The notes under the pieces were generated by a model. The model was not told the origin of the DNA. It was given only the letters and a program-made list of their open reading frames with translations, and ran no database searches. From Candidatus Iainarchaeum sp. (GTDB taxonomy: Archaea > Iainarchaeota > Iainarchaeia > Iainarchaeales > GCA-2688035), in contig JAFCCL010000012.1 of NCBI GenBank assembly GCA_017610205.1, positions 1 to 27,870 of the forward strand: 27,870 bases of DNA, in the 5' to 3' direction. Positions within the stretch are counted from its first letter, which is position 1, and every line of letters begins with the position of its first letter. The position numbers and the translations under genes were made by a program. Of the stretch, positions 8,098 through 14,914 are shown one piece after another.

Positions 8098-9006
8098 TTG
8101 AAACTAGAGACAACTATATCAGATGAAAAAGGTTCTGTTCTGAACGCGATAGGCAATACTCCGTTAATTAGGATTGGAAACGTGTTTGCAAAGCTTGAAA
8201 GTGTTAATCCAAGCGGAAGCATAAAAGACAGAGTCGCCTTTGAAATAATAAAAGAAGCTGAAGGAAAAGGCGAGCTGCAGAAAGGGTATACAATTGTTGA
8301 AGCAAGCAGTGGAAACACAGGCATTTCCCTTGCAATGGTTGGGGCAGCCAAGGGCTACAAAGTAAAAATTGTGATGCCTGAAAATATGAGTGAGGAAAGA
8401 AAGCAGTTAATGAAAGCTTTTGGCGCAGAACTCATTTTGACATCAAAAAGCGGCAGCCTGAAAGAAGCTATAAGCAAGGTAGAAGAACTTGCCAGAGAAA
8501 AAAAGACATTTTATGCAAGGCAGTTCAGCAATCATGCAAACTTGAGAGCGCAGGAAAAAACAGGGAAAGAAATATTTAACGAAATTGGGGCAGTTAACGC
8601 GGTTGTTGCAGGTGTTGGAACAGGCGGAACATTAATGGGAATTTCAAAGGCAATGAAGGAACAGAACCCAAAAGTTAAGGCAATTGCTGTTGAGCCAGAG
8701 GAAGCGGCAGTAATGTTTGGCGGCAGTAACGCAAGAATCGGAGAACATAAAATTCAGGGAATTGGCGACGGCTTTATTCCAAAACTTGTTGATATGAAAA
8801 AAGTTGACGAAGTTTTTACAGTAAAAAGCAAGGAAGCTGTTGAGATGGCAAGAAAGCTTGCAAGAGAACATGGATTGCTTGTGGGAATAAGCAGCGGGGC
8901 AAACATGCTTATAGCATTAAAAATGGCAAAGAAATATGGCAAGATTGCAACTGTTTTACCTGACAGAGGAGAAAGGTATTTGAGCATGCATTTGTTCAAA
9001 GAATAA
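8098..9006 (+). CDS. cysK: cysteine synthase (O-acetylserine sulfhydrylase family, PLP-dependent)
   Basis: IGNTPL, KLESVNPSGSIKDR, EASSGNTG, GVGTGGT, HKIQGIG, GISSGAN, PDRGERYLS; TTG 8098 chosen because GGTGA lies just upstream (ORF open from 8071). Confidence 0.93.
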   Translation: MKLETTISDEKGSVLNAIGNTPLIRIGNVFAKLESVNPSGSIKDRVAFEIIKEAEGKGELQKGYTIVEASSGNTGISLAMVGAAKGYKVKIVMPENMSEERKQLMKAFGAELILTSKSGSLKEAISKVEELAREKKTFYARQFSNHANLRAQEKTGKEIFNEIGAVNAVVAGVGTGGTLMGISKAMKEQNPKVKAIAVEPEEAAVMFGGSNARIGEHKIQGIGDGFIPKLVDMKKVDEVFTVKSKEAVEMARKLAREHGLLVGISSGANMLIALKMAKKYGKIATVLPDRGERYLSMHLFKE

Positions 9007-9042
9007 CAATAAAAAGGAATTTATGGAAGAATATTACTTAAC

Positions 9043-9113
9043 GCGGGGGTAGCAGAACGGTTATGCACCGGCCTGCAGAGCCGAGGAAGAGGGTTCGACT
9101 CCCTTCCCTCGCT
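9043..9113 (+). tRNA. tRNA-Cys (GCA)
   Basis: Acceptor GCGGGGG/CCCTCGC, anticodon arm CCGGC-CTGCAGA-GCCGA, T arm GAGGG-TTCGACT-CCCTT, discriminator U typical of tRNA-Cys; CCA not encoded. Confidence 0.95.
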
Positions 9114-9160
9114 TGGGGAAAGCAAAATCTTAAATAAAAAGGAAACAATTAAAGATTAGG

Positions 9161-9724
9161 ATGAACTTCAAAATACTTGTTTTGATTACTATTTTGCTAG
9201 TTGTTATTCCAATAGCAAGTAGTGTTGCACTTGTAAGAAATTGCAGAATAATAGAAAATCCGCAAAATTTGGAAGCAAGTTGTAAGAATGGAAACATTAT
9301 ACTTGGCATTGAAATTGAAAATGTAGAAACTTTGGAACACCCTCCAAATTTCAATAACAACGAACGCATTGCTTTTCCTCCCAACACTACTATTTTAGAA
9401 ATTCGCCCTCCAGATTTAAGCAACAGTGAATGCTTTGATTTGTTTTCCAACACCATTATTTTAGAAACATGCCGTACTCTTCCAGATGGAGACTACAAAT
9501 TCAAAATAAACGATAAGTATTTGCTAACTGTAAATGTTTTTACGGAAGGCGTGGCTGCCTCTTGCCCTGGTTTCGCATGGATGATTTTGCCTTCGATTGT
9601 TGTATTTTTGGCAGGCATAGCGGCAGCAGTTAAATTAGCAAGAAGAAAAAGATTAGCATTAGCAATCCTTGTCTTAGTAATTGCAACATTTATTGCAGCG
9701 CTTTTGTTTCCTATCTGCATTTAG
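9161..9724 (+). CDS. hypothetical membrane-anchored protein (cassette 1 cargo)
   Basis: N-terminal signal/TM, Cys-containing soluble domain, two C-terminal TM helices separated by ARRKR. Confidence 0.75.
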   Translation: MNFKILVLITILLVVIPIASSVALVRNCRIIENPQNLEASCKNGNIILGIEIENVETLEHPPNFNNNERIAFPPNTTILEIRPPDLSNSECFDLFSNTIILETCRTLPDGDYKFKINDKYLLTVNVFTEGVAASCPGFAWMILPSIVVFLAGIAAAVKLARRKRLALAILVLVIATFIAALLFPICI

Positions 9725-9763
9725 AATCCGCTTTAATTTAGCTTCTCCAAAAAAAAACATTCT

Positions 9764-9852
9764 ATTAAATCAACTTAGCTTCACAATGATATTAAATTCG
9801 GGGCACAAAACAGGTGTGCGCTCTATACTCAGAGTTTGACTCCCCCTCGCTT
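9764..9852 (+). repeat. cassette-boundary repeat R1 (arm + tRNA 3' fragment)
   Basis: ATTAAATCAACTT...TTAAATTCGGGGCACAAAACAGGTGTGCGCTCTATACTCAGAGTTTGACTCCCCCTCGCTT. Confidence 0.9.
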
Positions 9853-9907
9853 AGCTTGTTGATCAAATAAAACATATATTTATAAGCTAATTATACCAAT
9901 ATAACTA

Positions 9908-10138
9908 GTGGTGATTGAATTGGTTGAAATTACTTCACAAGTAAGGCAATGGGGCAGGTCTGTTGGCGTCGTGATTCCAAAAGAAGCAGCAGAAAAGGCA
10001 CATATCAAGACAGGCGATAAAATAAGACTCTTAATAATGGGAAAAAATCCACTAAGAGAAACCTTTGGAATACTGAAAATGAAAAGGACTACCAAAGAAA
10101 TTCTGCAAGAAGTTGACAGGGAAGGATGGGATGAGTGA
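9908..10138 (+). CDS. AbrB/MazE/SpoVT-type antitoxin
   Basis: VRQWGRSVGVVIPKEAAEKAHIKTGDKI swapped-hairpin motif; true start may be TTG 9920 after GGTGA; overlaps the PIN gene. Confidence 0.88.
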   Translation: MVIELVEITSQVRQWGRSVGVVIPKEAAEKAHIKTGDKIRLLIMGKNPLRETFGILKMKRTTKEILQEVDREGWDE

Positions 10139-10499
10139 ACAAGCATACTTCTTTGACACATACGCCTTCTTTGAAATAATAAGAGGCAACCAAACATACG
10201 AAAAATACAAAGATGCAGGAGCAATGACAACAGTATTCAACCTTGCAGAACTAAACTATGGACTCAAAAAAGAGACAAGCAAAGAAAAGGCAGATAAGAT
10301 AACTGACAAGTATTTTTCACTGTTGGTAGAAGTCACTGCCAAAGATTTAAAGGATGCAATGGACCTAAAAACTAGGAACAGAAAACTCTCAATTCCAGAC
10401 GTAATTGGATACACCGTTGCGAAAAGCTATGACGTGAAATTCCTAACAGGAGACCAAGAATTTAAGAAAATGCCAAACGTAGAATTTGTAAAAAAATGA
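10131..10499 (+). CDS. vapC: PIN-domain VapC toxin
   Basis: FFDTYAFFE, NLAEL, LSIPDVIG, LTGDQEF acidic PIN motifs; ATG 10131 overlaps the antitoxin stop. Confidence 0.92.
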   Translation: MSEQAYFFDTYAFFEIIRGNQTYEKYKDAGAMTTVFNLAELNYGLKKETSKEKADKITDKYFSLLVEVTAKDLKDAMDLKTRNRKLSIPDVIGYTVAKSYDVKFLTGDQEFKKMPNVEFVKK

Positions 10500-10524
10500 G
10501 AACTAAAGCATTTCAATCAGAAAT

Positions 10525-10548
10525 GGGTTCGGCCCCGCCCCCTCGCTT
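10525..10548 (+). repeat. cassette-boundary repeat R2 (tRNA T-arm/acceptor fragment only)
   Basis: GGGTTCGGCCCCGCCCCCTCGCTT vs tRNA GGGTTCGACTCCCTTCCCTCGCTT, 19/24 identical by manual alignment. Confidence 0.85.
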
Positions 10549-10633
10549 GACTTAAAGCCATTTGGCAGTTACCGAAAGGTTTTAAATATGTTTTAGGTAT
10601 GAATTAGTATGTAATTAGTACGCAGGTGATTTA

Positions 10634-10900
10634 ATGTATGAAACTGTAACAGTTGTCGGAGAAAGAGGCCAAATTACTATCCCCAAGATTATTAGGGAAA
10701 AACAGGGATTGGGAAAAAAGGATAAAGCAATCGTTAAGATAGAAAACGGCAAGATAGTGGTTGAAAAAGCCTTGAGCCAGAAGGAAAAAGAAAAATTAAT
10801 GAAAGAGTTTTATATAAAATACTCCAAACTTAATGAAAAGGTTGCTGAAGAATGGAAATATTCAAGCAAGGAAGCGGATGAGATGTTGGATGAATATTAA
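10634..10900 (+). CDS. AbrB/MazE-type antitoxin
   Basis: VGERGQITIPKIIREKQGL AbrB motif; acidic C-tail; overlaps mazF. Confidence 0.9.
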   Translation: MYETVTVVGERGQITIPKIIREKQGLGKKDKAIVKIENGKIVVEKALSQKEKEKLMKEFYIKYSKLNEKVAEEWKYSSKEADEMLDEY

Positions 10901-11237
10901 AAGAGGCAGCATATTTTTGGCAAATCTTGAACCAGGTCTAGGTTCTGAACAAGGAAAAATTAGACCTTGCCTCGTCATACAAAACGATATTGCAAACGAG
11001 TTCAGTCCAACAACAATAGTTGCACCAATTACTTCAACAATACCTAACAAGCATTACCCTACAATAGTTATAATTGAACCACAAGAATCAGGTCTTAAAA
11101 AAACAAGCACTGTACTATGCAACCAAATCAGAACTGTTTCAACCAAACACAGAATGATAAAAAAACTTGGCACGCTAAAGCCAAGCACAATGAAAAAAGT
11201 TGACGAAGCACTAAAAACAGGCCTTGCTTTGGAATGA
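10890..11237 (+). CDS. mazF: MazF/PemK-family endoribonuclease toxin
   Basis: MNIKRGSIFLANLEPGLGSEQGKIRPCLVIQND, IVAPITS, LCNQIRTV; ATG 10890. Confidence 0.95.
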   Translation: MNIKRGSIFLANLEPGLGSEQGKIRPCLVIQNDIANEFSPTTIVAPITSTIPNKHYPTIVIIEPQESGLKKTSTVLCNQIRTVSTKHRMIKKLGTLKPSTMKKVDEALKTGLALE

Positions 11238-11253
11238 AAGGAGAGGAAACTTT

Positions 11254-11499
11254 TTGGTTAAAATAATTGCCAATGTTACGAACAAGGAACTTGATGCGTT
11301 GGAAAATCAAACACTATGCTGGAACCTATGCAAAAAGCACAGGGCAGTGTTGGACGCAAGTGAGAAAGAAATGTTTGAAATCACACAAACATGCAAAAAG
11401 TGCTTGAAGATAAACAGGGAACTGACAAACACGAACTTGCATTTGTGGAGTAAACTAGTAACAGCATACCTTAAGGCAACAAAAAAAGGAAACAAGTAA
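11254..11499 (+). CDS. small Cys-rich hypothetical protein, possible metal binder
   Basis: CWNLCKKH and CKKC motifs; TTG 11254 follows GGAGAGG (ORF open from 11224). Confidence 0.6.
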   Translation: MVKIIANVTNKELDALENQTLCWNLCKKHRAVLDASEKEMFEITQTCKKCLKINRELTNTNLHLWSKLVTAYLKATKKGNK

Positions 11500-11513
11500 C
11501 AAGGCAATCATCC

Positions 11514-11602
11514 TTAAATCAACTTCCCAGCACTATGTCTTTAATTTGGGCACAAAACTGTTGCGCGCTTTATACTCAGAGTTTAAAGCCCACCCTCCGC
11601 TT
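11514..11602 (+). repeat. cassette-boundary repeat R3
   Basis: TTAAATCAACTTCCCAG...GGGCACAAAACTGTTGCGCGCTTTATACTCAGAGTTTAAAGCCCACCCTCCGCTT, followed by GGGAA like the tRNA trailer. Confidence 0.9.
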
Positions 11603-11681
11603 GGGAAAATTGAGCAAAGCGAGTATGTGTTTAAACAGTATGTTTAAATACACTTTGCATGGTGATTCTTTTGGTGATTTA

Positions 11682-11933
11682 ATGGTTAAAACACTCACAA
11701 TAAAGGACAAAGTTTATGATGAACTGACAACAATTAAGGGCAGGAAAGAAAGCTTTTCAGACTTGTTTGAAAGGCTTGCAAAAAAAGAGAAAAAAGGAAT
11801 AAGGGAGTTTGCTGGATTCCTTTCAAAGGAAACTGCCGAGAAGATGAAAAAAGACATTGCCAGGTGTAAAAAAGAAGACATAAAACTAGAGGATAAAAAA
11901 AGGAAAAGGCTCGAGAAATTATGGTTGTCTTAG
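11682..11933 (+). CDS. vapB: archaeal VapB-family antitoxin
   Basis: MVKTLTIKDKVYDELTTIKGRKESFSDLFERL and FAGFLS; ATG 11682 after GGTGA. Confidence 0.9.
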   Translation: MVKTLTIKDKVYDELTTIKGRKESFSDLFERLAKKEKKGIREFAGFLSKETAEKMKKDIARCKKEDIKLEDKKRKRLEKLWLS

Positions 11934-12304
11934 ACACTGACGTGCTAATAGAATTTAGCAAAGGAAATTCAAAAGTAGAGAAAAGAATAAAACAACTGCA
12001 ACAAGTCGAAGAGATTTCAACAACAATATTCAACTTAGAAGAATACCTGTTTGGAATCTTCAAAAATGGGCAAAGAGAAGAAATTGAAGAAGGAAAAAAG
12101 TTTCTAAACAGGATAAAACACTATGACTACACAAAAAAAGAACTTGAAACAATAACCAAAATAAGAGTAAAACTGGAAAAAGAAGGAAAAAAAATAGGAC
12201 CATACGACGAATGCATTGCAGGAATATGCGTTTCAAAAAACGAGCCACTTTTCACATTAAACAAAAAGCACTTTGAAAGAGTGAAAGAATTAAAGCTCAT
12301 ATGA
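11921..12304 (+). CDS. vapC: PIN-domain VapC toxin
   Basis: VLDTDVLIE, NLEEY, IGPYDECIAG, FTLNKKHFERV. Confidence 0.93.
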   Translation: MVVLDTDVLIEFSKGNSKVEKRIKQLQQVEEISTTIFNLEEYLFGIFKNGQREEIEEGKKFLNRIKHYDYTKKELETITKIRVKLEKEGKKIGPYDECIAGICVSKNEPLFTLNKKHFERVKELKLI

Positions 12305-12360
12305 ACTACACATTCCAAGCAAATAGTTCGGCCAGTGGTCTTCTTTTTTAAAACAAGTCC

Positions 12361-12450
12361 ATTAAATCAACTTCCCAGTATAATTATTCTAATTCGGAGC
12401 ACAAAACCTGTGCGCACTCTATACTCAGAATTTAAAGCCCACCCCCGCTT
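12361..12450 (+). repeat. cassette-boundary repeat R4
   Basis: ATTAAATCAACTTCCCAG...AATTCGGAGCACAAAACCTGTGCGCACTCTATACTCAGAATTTAAAGCCCACCCCCGCTT. Confidence 0.92.
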
Positions 12451-12512
12451 CAAATTTTTTTAATTAAAAATAAGCAATATATTTAAATACACATACATAC
12501 ACAGACTATCTT

Positions 12513-12737
12513 ATGAGCACTAAAACAATTTCAATTACTGAAGAGGCCTATGACAGGCTGGACAGCAGGAAAAAGGAACGGGAAAGTTTCAGTGAAGTGA
12601 TAAAAAGGCTTACAGGAAAGCGAAGCCTAACTGAATTTGCAGGAATTTTCTCAAAAGAAGAAGCGGCAGAACTGGAAAAGAATATCAGGAAAGGAAGAAT
12701 TTCTGCAACGAAAAGGCTTGAAAGGATTGGGATCTGA
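12513..12737 (+). CDS. vapB: archaeal VapB-family antitoxin
   Basis: MSTKTISITEEAYDRLDSRKKERESFSEVIKRL, LTEFAGIFS. Confidence 0.93.
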   Translation: MSTKTISITEEAYDRLDSRKKERESFSEVIKRLTGKRSLTEFAGIFSKEEAAELEKNIRKGRISATKRLERIGI

Positions 12738-12742
12738 ATCAA

Positions 12743-13132
12743 ATGATTCTTGACACAAGCTTTCTTGTGGATTTGCTGAGAAATAACCATGCAGCAGTAT
12801 CCAAAATAACGGAAATTGAAAAACAAAACGAACCAGTTGCAACAACAACAGTAAGTGTTTTTGAGATATGGCAAGGTCTGCCAAAAAAGAGCAAGGAACA
12901 GCAAATCGAAAAAACCATTGAACTATTCAAATCAATAAATGTTTTAAACCTCGATTTTGACTCCGCGATAGAAGCAGGAAATATTCAACGAAAATTAACA
13001 AGAGCAGGGCAAAAAATTGAGCCACAGGACGCAATGATTGCAGGGATAGCAAAAACGAGAAGACAGAAAGTCCTTACAAGGAACATTAAACACTTTGAAA
13101 GAATAAATGATTTGGAAGTTGAAAGCTATTGA
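12743..13132 (+). CDS. vapC: PIN-domain VapC toxin
   Basis: MILDTSFLVD, SVFEI, DAMIAGIA, LTRNIKHFERI. Confidence 0.95.
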   Translation: MILDTSFLVDLLRNNHAAVSKITEIEKQNEPVATTTVSVFEIWQGLPKKSKEQQIEKTIELFKSINVLNLDFDSAIEAGNIQRKLTRAGQKIEPQDAMIAGIAKTRRQKVLTRNIKHFERINDLEVESY

Positions 13133-13161
13133 AAGAGATGCTAAAACCAGACCATGCAGCA

Positions 13162-13227
13162 ATATTAAATTCGGGCACAAAACCTGTGCGCACTCTATAC
13201 TCAGAATTTAAAACCCTCCCCTCGCTT
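13162..13227 (+). repeat. cassette-boundary repeat R5 (5'-shortened arm)
   Basis: ATATTAAATTCGGGCACAAAACCTGTGCGCACTCTATACTCAGAATTTAAAACCCTCCCCTCGCTT. Confidence 0.92.
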
Positions 13228-13253
13228 AAGAAATATCAAATGAAGGTTTATAT

Positions 13254-13273
13254 ATAACTATAGCTATAGTTAT
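13254..13273. promoter_or_regulatory. perfect 20-bp palindrome, candidate antitoxin operator next to a TATA box
   Basis: ATAACTATAG|CTATAGTTAT adjoining TTTATATA, 13 nt before ATG 13287. Confidence 0.65.
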
Positions 13274-13286
13274 GTAGGTGAATTAT

Positions 13287-13484
13287 ATGCAAACTACTAT
13301 TCCTTTGGAAAAAGAAACAGTACAGGTTTTGGAGAAATTAAAGAGCAAGTACGCAGTAAGCTCTTACGACAAGCTAATAAAGGAAATGATAAAAAAGGAA
13401 ATAAAAATGCCTAAAAGCCTGTTTGGAACACACCCTAAAATGAGCGAATTTAAGCGCGAAGCGGAAGATTTCCATGAATTATAA
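13287..13484 (+). CDS. ribbon-helix-helix-like antitoxin
   Basis: MQTTIPLEKETVQVLEKLKSKYAVSSYDKLIKEM and SLFG; overlaps the downstream PIN gene. Confidence 0.8.
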   Translation: MQTTIPLEKETVQVLEKLKSKYAVSSYDKLIKEMIKKEIKMPKSLFGTHPKMSEFKREAEDFHEL

Positions 13485-13863
13485 AAACCTGCTGGACACT
13501 TTTGCATGGGTTGAATACTTCAGGGGCACAAAAAAAGGCGAAATAGTCAGAGACTGTATCAAACAAGGGAAAGTATTTACTCCAACAATAGTATTAGCCG
13601 AACTCTCAGACGTCTATGAAAGAAAGAAAGTGCCAAACTGGGAAAGAGACCTGGCATTTATAATTTCAAAAACAACAATTATTGATTTGAATCAACAACT
13701 GGCAATAGAAGCAGGAAAAACAAAACGCGAGATTAGAAAAAAATATAAAACAAAATTCGGTTTGGCTGATGCAATAATTCTTGCAACAGCTAGAAAAATG
13801 AACGCAAAAGTAGTAACAGGCGACACGCACTTTGAAAAAATAAGCAATGTTACATTCCTTTAA
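13474..13863 (+). CDS. vapC: PIN-domain VapC toxin
   Basis: LLDTFAWVEY, IVLAEL, GLADAIILATA, VTGDTHF. Confidence 0.95.
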   Translation: MNYKNLLDTFAWVEYFRGTKKGEIVRDCIKQGKVFTPTIVLAELSDVYERKKVPNWERDLAFIISKTTIIDLNQQLAIEAGKTKREIRKKYKTKFGLADAIILATARKMNAKVVTGDTHFEKISNVTFL

Positions 13864-13864
13864 A

Positions 13865-13890
13865 GGATTCGACTCCAGCCCCCAAGCGTT
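13865..13890 (+). repeat. terminal divergent tRNA T-arm/3' fragment R6
   Basis: GGATTCGACTCCAGCCCCCAAGCGTT keeps TTCGACTCC of the tRNA T loop, 1 nt after the last vapC stop. Confidence 0.6.
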
Positions 13891-13976
13891 TAATTTAAAT
13901 ATTAGAAAATGCCTTTTTTATAATGAGAATTTATGACTAAAAGAAGAGTTGATCACGGCGTCTTAGGGATAATGGA

Positions 13977-14312
13977 GTGATTGCTGTTGGAAAAAGTATT
14001 GGCAGAAAAGGCACTAATGGCAAAATAGTAGCGGAAACTAATGGAACAGCCGCTACTGGGCCAAAAAAGCAAAGAAGATTGCACACTATAGATAATGTTC
14101 CTGCAAAGAGTAGAGCTAAAATAACTAAAATTAGAAACAACTACAAGAAGTGGGGAGCGCAAAAAAAAAACAGTGTTGCAGGAAGCAGTATTATTGCAGC
14201 ATGCAACAAAAATAAAGCCCTTATTAACATTGTTATGGCAACAATGCTACGCAACAAAACACACACAGAACTAAGAAATAGTATTAGAAAACAGATACAA
14301 GCCAGCCTGTAA
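13977..14312 (+). CDS. hypothetical basic protein
   Basis: 111-aa K/R/N-rich ORF filling the gap; GTG start uncertain. Confidence 0.5.
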   Translation: MIAVGKSIGRKGTNGKIVAETNGTAATGPKKQRRLHTIDNVPAKSRAKITKIRNNYKKWGAQKKNSVAGSSIIAACNKNKALINIVMATMLRNKTHTELRNSIRKQIQASL

Positions 14313-14378
14313 AGTTTTGAATTACAGGGTAAATTTAAAGGCAAAGGAATAAATAATGGTTAAGACTATAGTTTTGGC

Positions 14379-14870
14379 ATGGAAAAAAGAATTCTTTTGA
14401 TTTCCATACTTGCTTTTGCAATTGCATTAAGTGGCTGCATTGAACCTCCAGAACCTCTTGAACCTGTTTGTGGCAATGGAATATGTGAAGAAAGTGAAAC
14501 AGACCTCGGCTGCCCTGAAGACTGCCCTTCATTTACGACTGCATGCATTGATGGAAGCTGCACTGTTGTAGAGGGTTCCAGCCCTGAAGAATGCCAAGTA
14601 GATTCTGATTGCCAGGCTGCTTCAGGCAATGGCACAAGCTTTGCTACAGCTATTGTAATTCAGTCAGATAACTCAGAAGACGGAATTGCAATGGAATACG
14701 AATGGCTTTATGCCAATGGCTGTGAAGGAAAGGGCGGAGCTGTTGGTGTTGAAATGCAGGAACTTCAAGAGCAGGATGAACAGTTGTTTGACCTTGTATA
14801 TGCAGTTTGCGCAAACGGCGAAACAGTAATTTATTACTTCAATATTGACAGCTTTTTTGGAAAAGAGTAG
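14379..14870 (+). CDS. acidic Cys-rich lipoprotein
   Basis: LSGC lipobox; CGNGICE..E...CPEDC and ECQVDSDC disulfide-repeat motifs; very acidic. Confidence 0.85.
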   Translation: MEKRILLISILAFAIALSGCIEPPEPLEPVCGNGICEESETDLGCPEDCPSFTTACIDGSCTVVEGSSPEECQVDSDCQAASGNGTSFATAIVIQSDNSEDGIAMEYEWLYANGCEGKGGAVGVEMQELQEQDEQLFDLVYAVCANGETVIYYFNIDSFFGKE

Positions 14871-14914
14871 GCAGACAACCTGTTTTTTGAGGCGTTTACT
14901 ATTCTGCAAAGAGC

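Larger units (their letters stand above)
9114..13890 (+). mobile_element. tandem cassette array / genomic island at the tRNA-Cys 3' end (6 units, no integrase)
   Basis: Units end in tRNA-3'-like copies at 9852, 10548, 11602, 12450, 13227 and (divergent) 13890; all cargo co-oriented; cargo is mostly toxin-antitoxin pairs. Confidence 0.75.

Noticed and set aside
11535-11681. N-terminal extension of the 132-aa ORF in the track
   Set aside because: It runs through repeat R3 and the promoter; the VapB-like sequence starts at ATG 11682 after GGTGA
9764-13227. Boundary repeats as canonical integron attC sites (AAC...GTT framing in R1 and R3)
   Set aside because: RYYYAAC and GTTRRRY consensus are not met, R4 and R5 lack the GTT, and the tRNA-3' similarity explains the ends better; an attC covariance-model scan would settle it
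9764-13890. Boundary repeats as a CRISPR array
   Set aside because: Intervals are 0.6-1 kb of coding DNA, repeats are degenerate and unequal, and no cas genes are present
9764-13890. Repeats as extra functional tRNA genes or split-tRNA halves
   Set aside because: No 5' acceptor strand, D arm or anticodon arm can be folded, and the T loop is mutated in most copies
13933-13980. Possible frameshifted 5' part (MTKRRVD...) of the 13977 ORF
   Set aside because: No homologue or slippery-site evidence available
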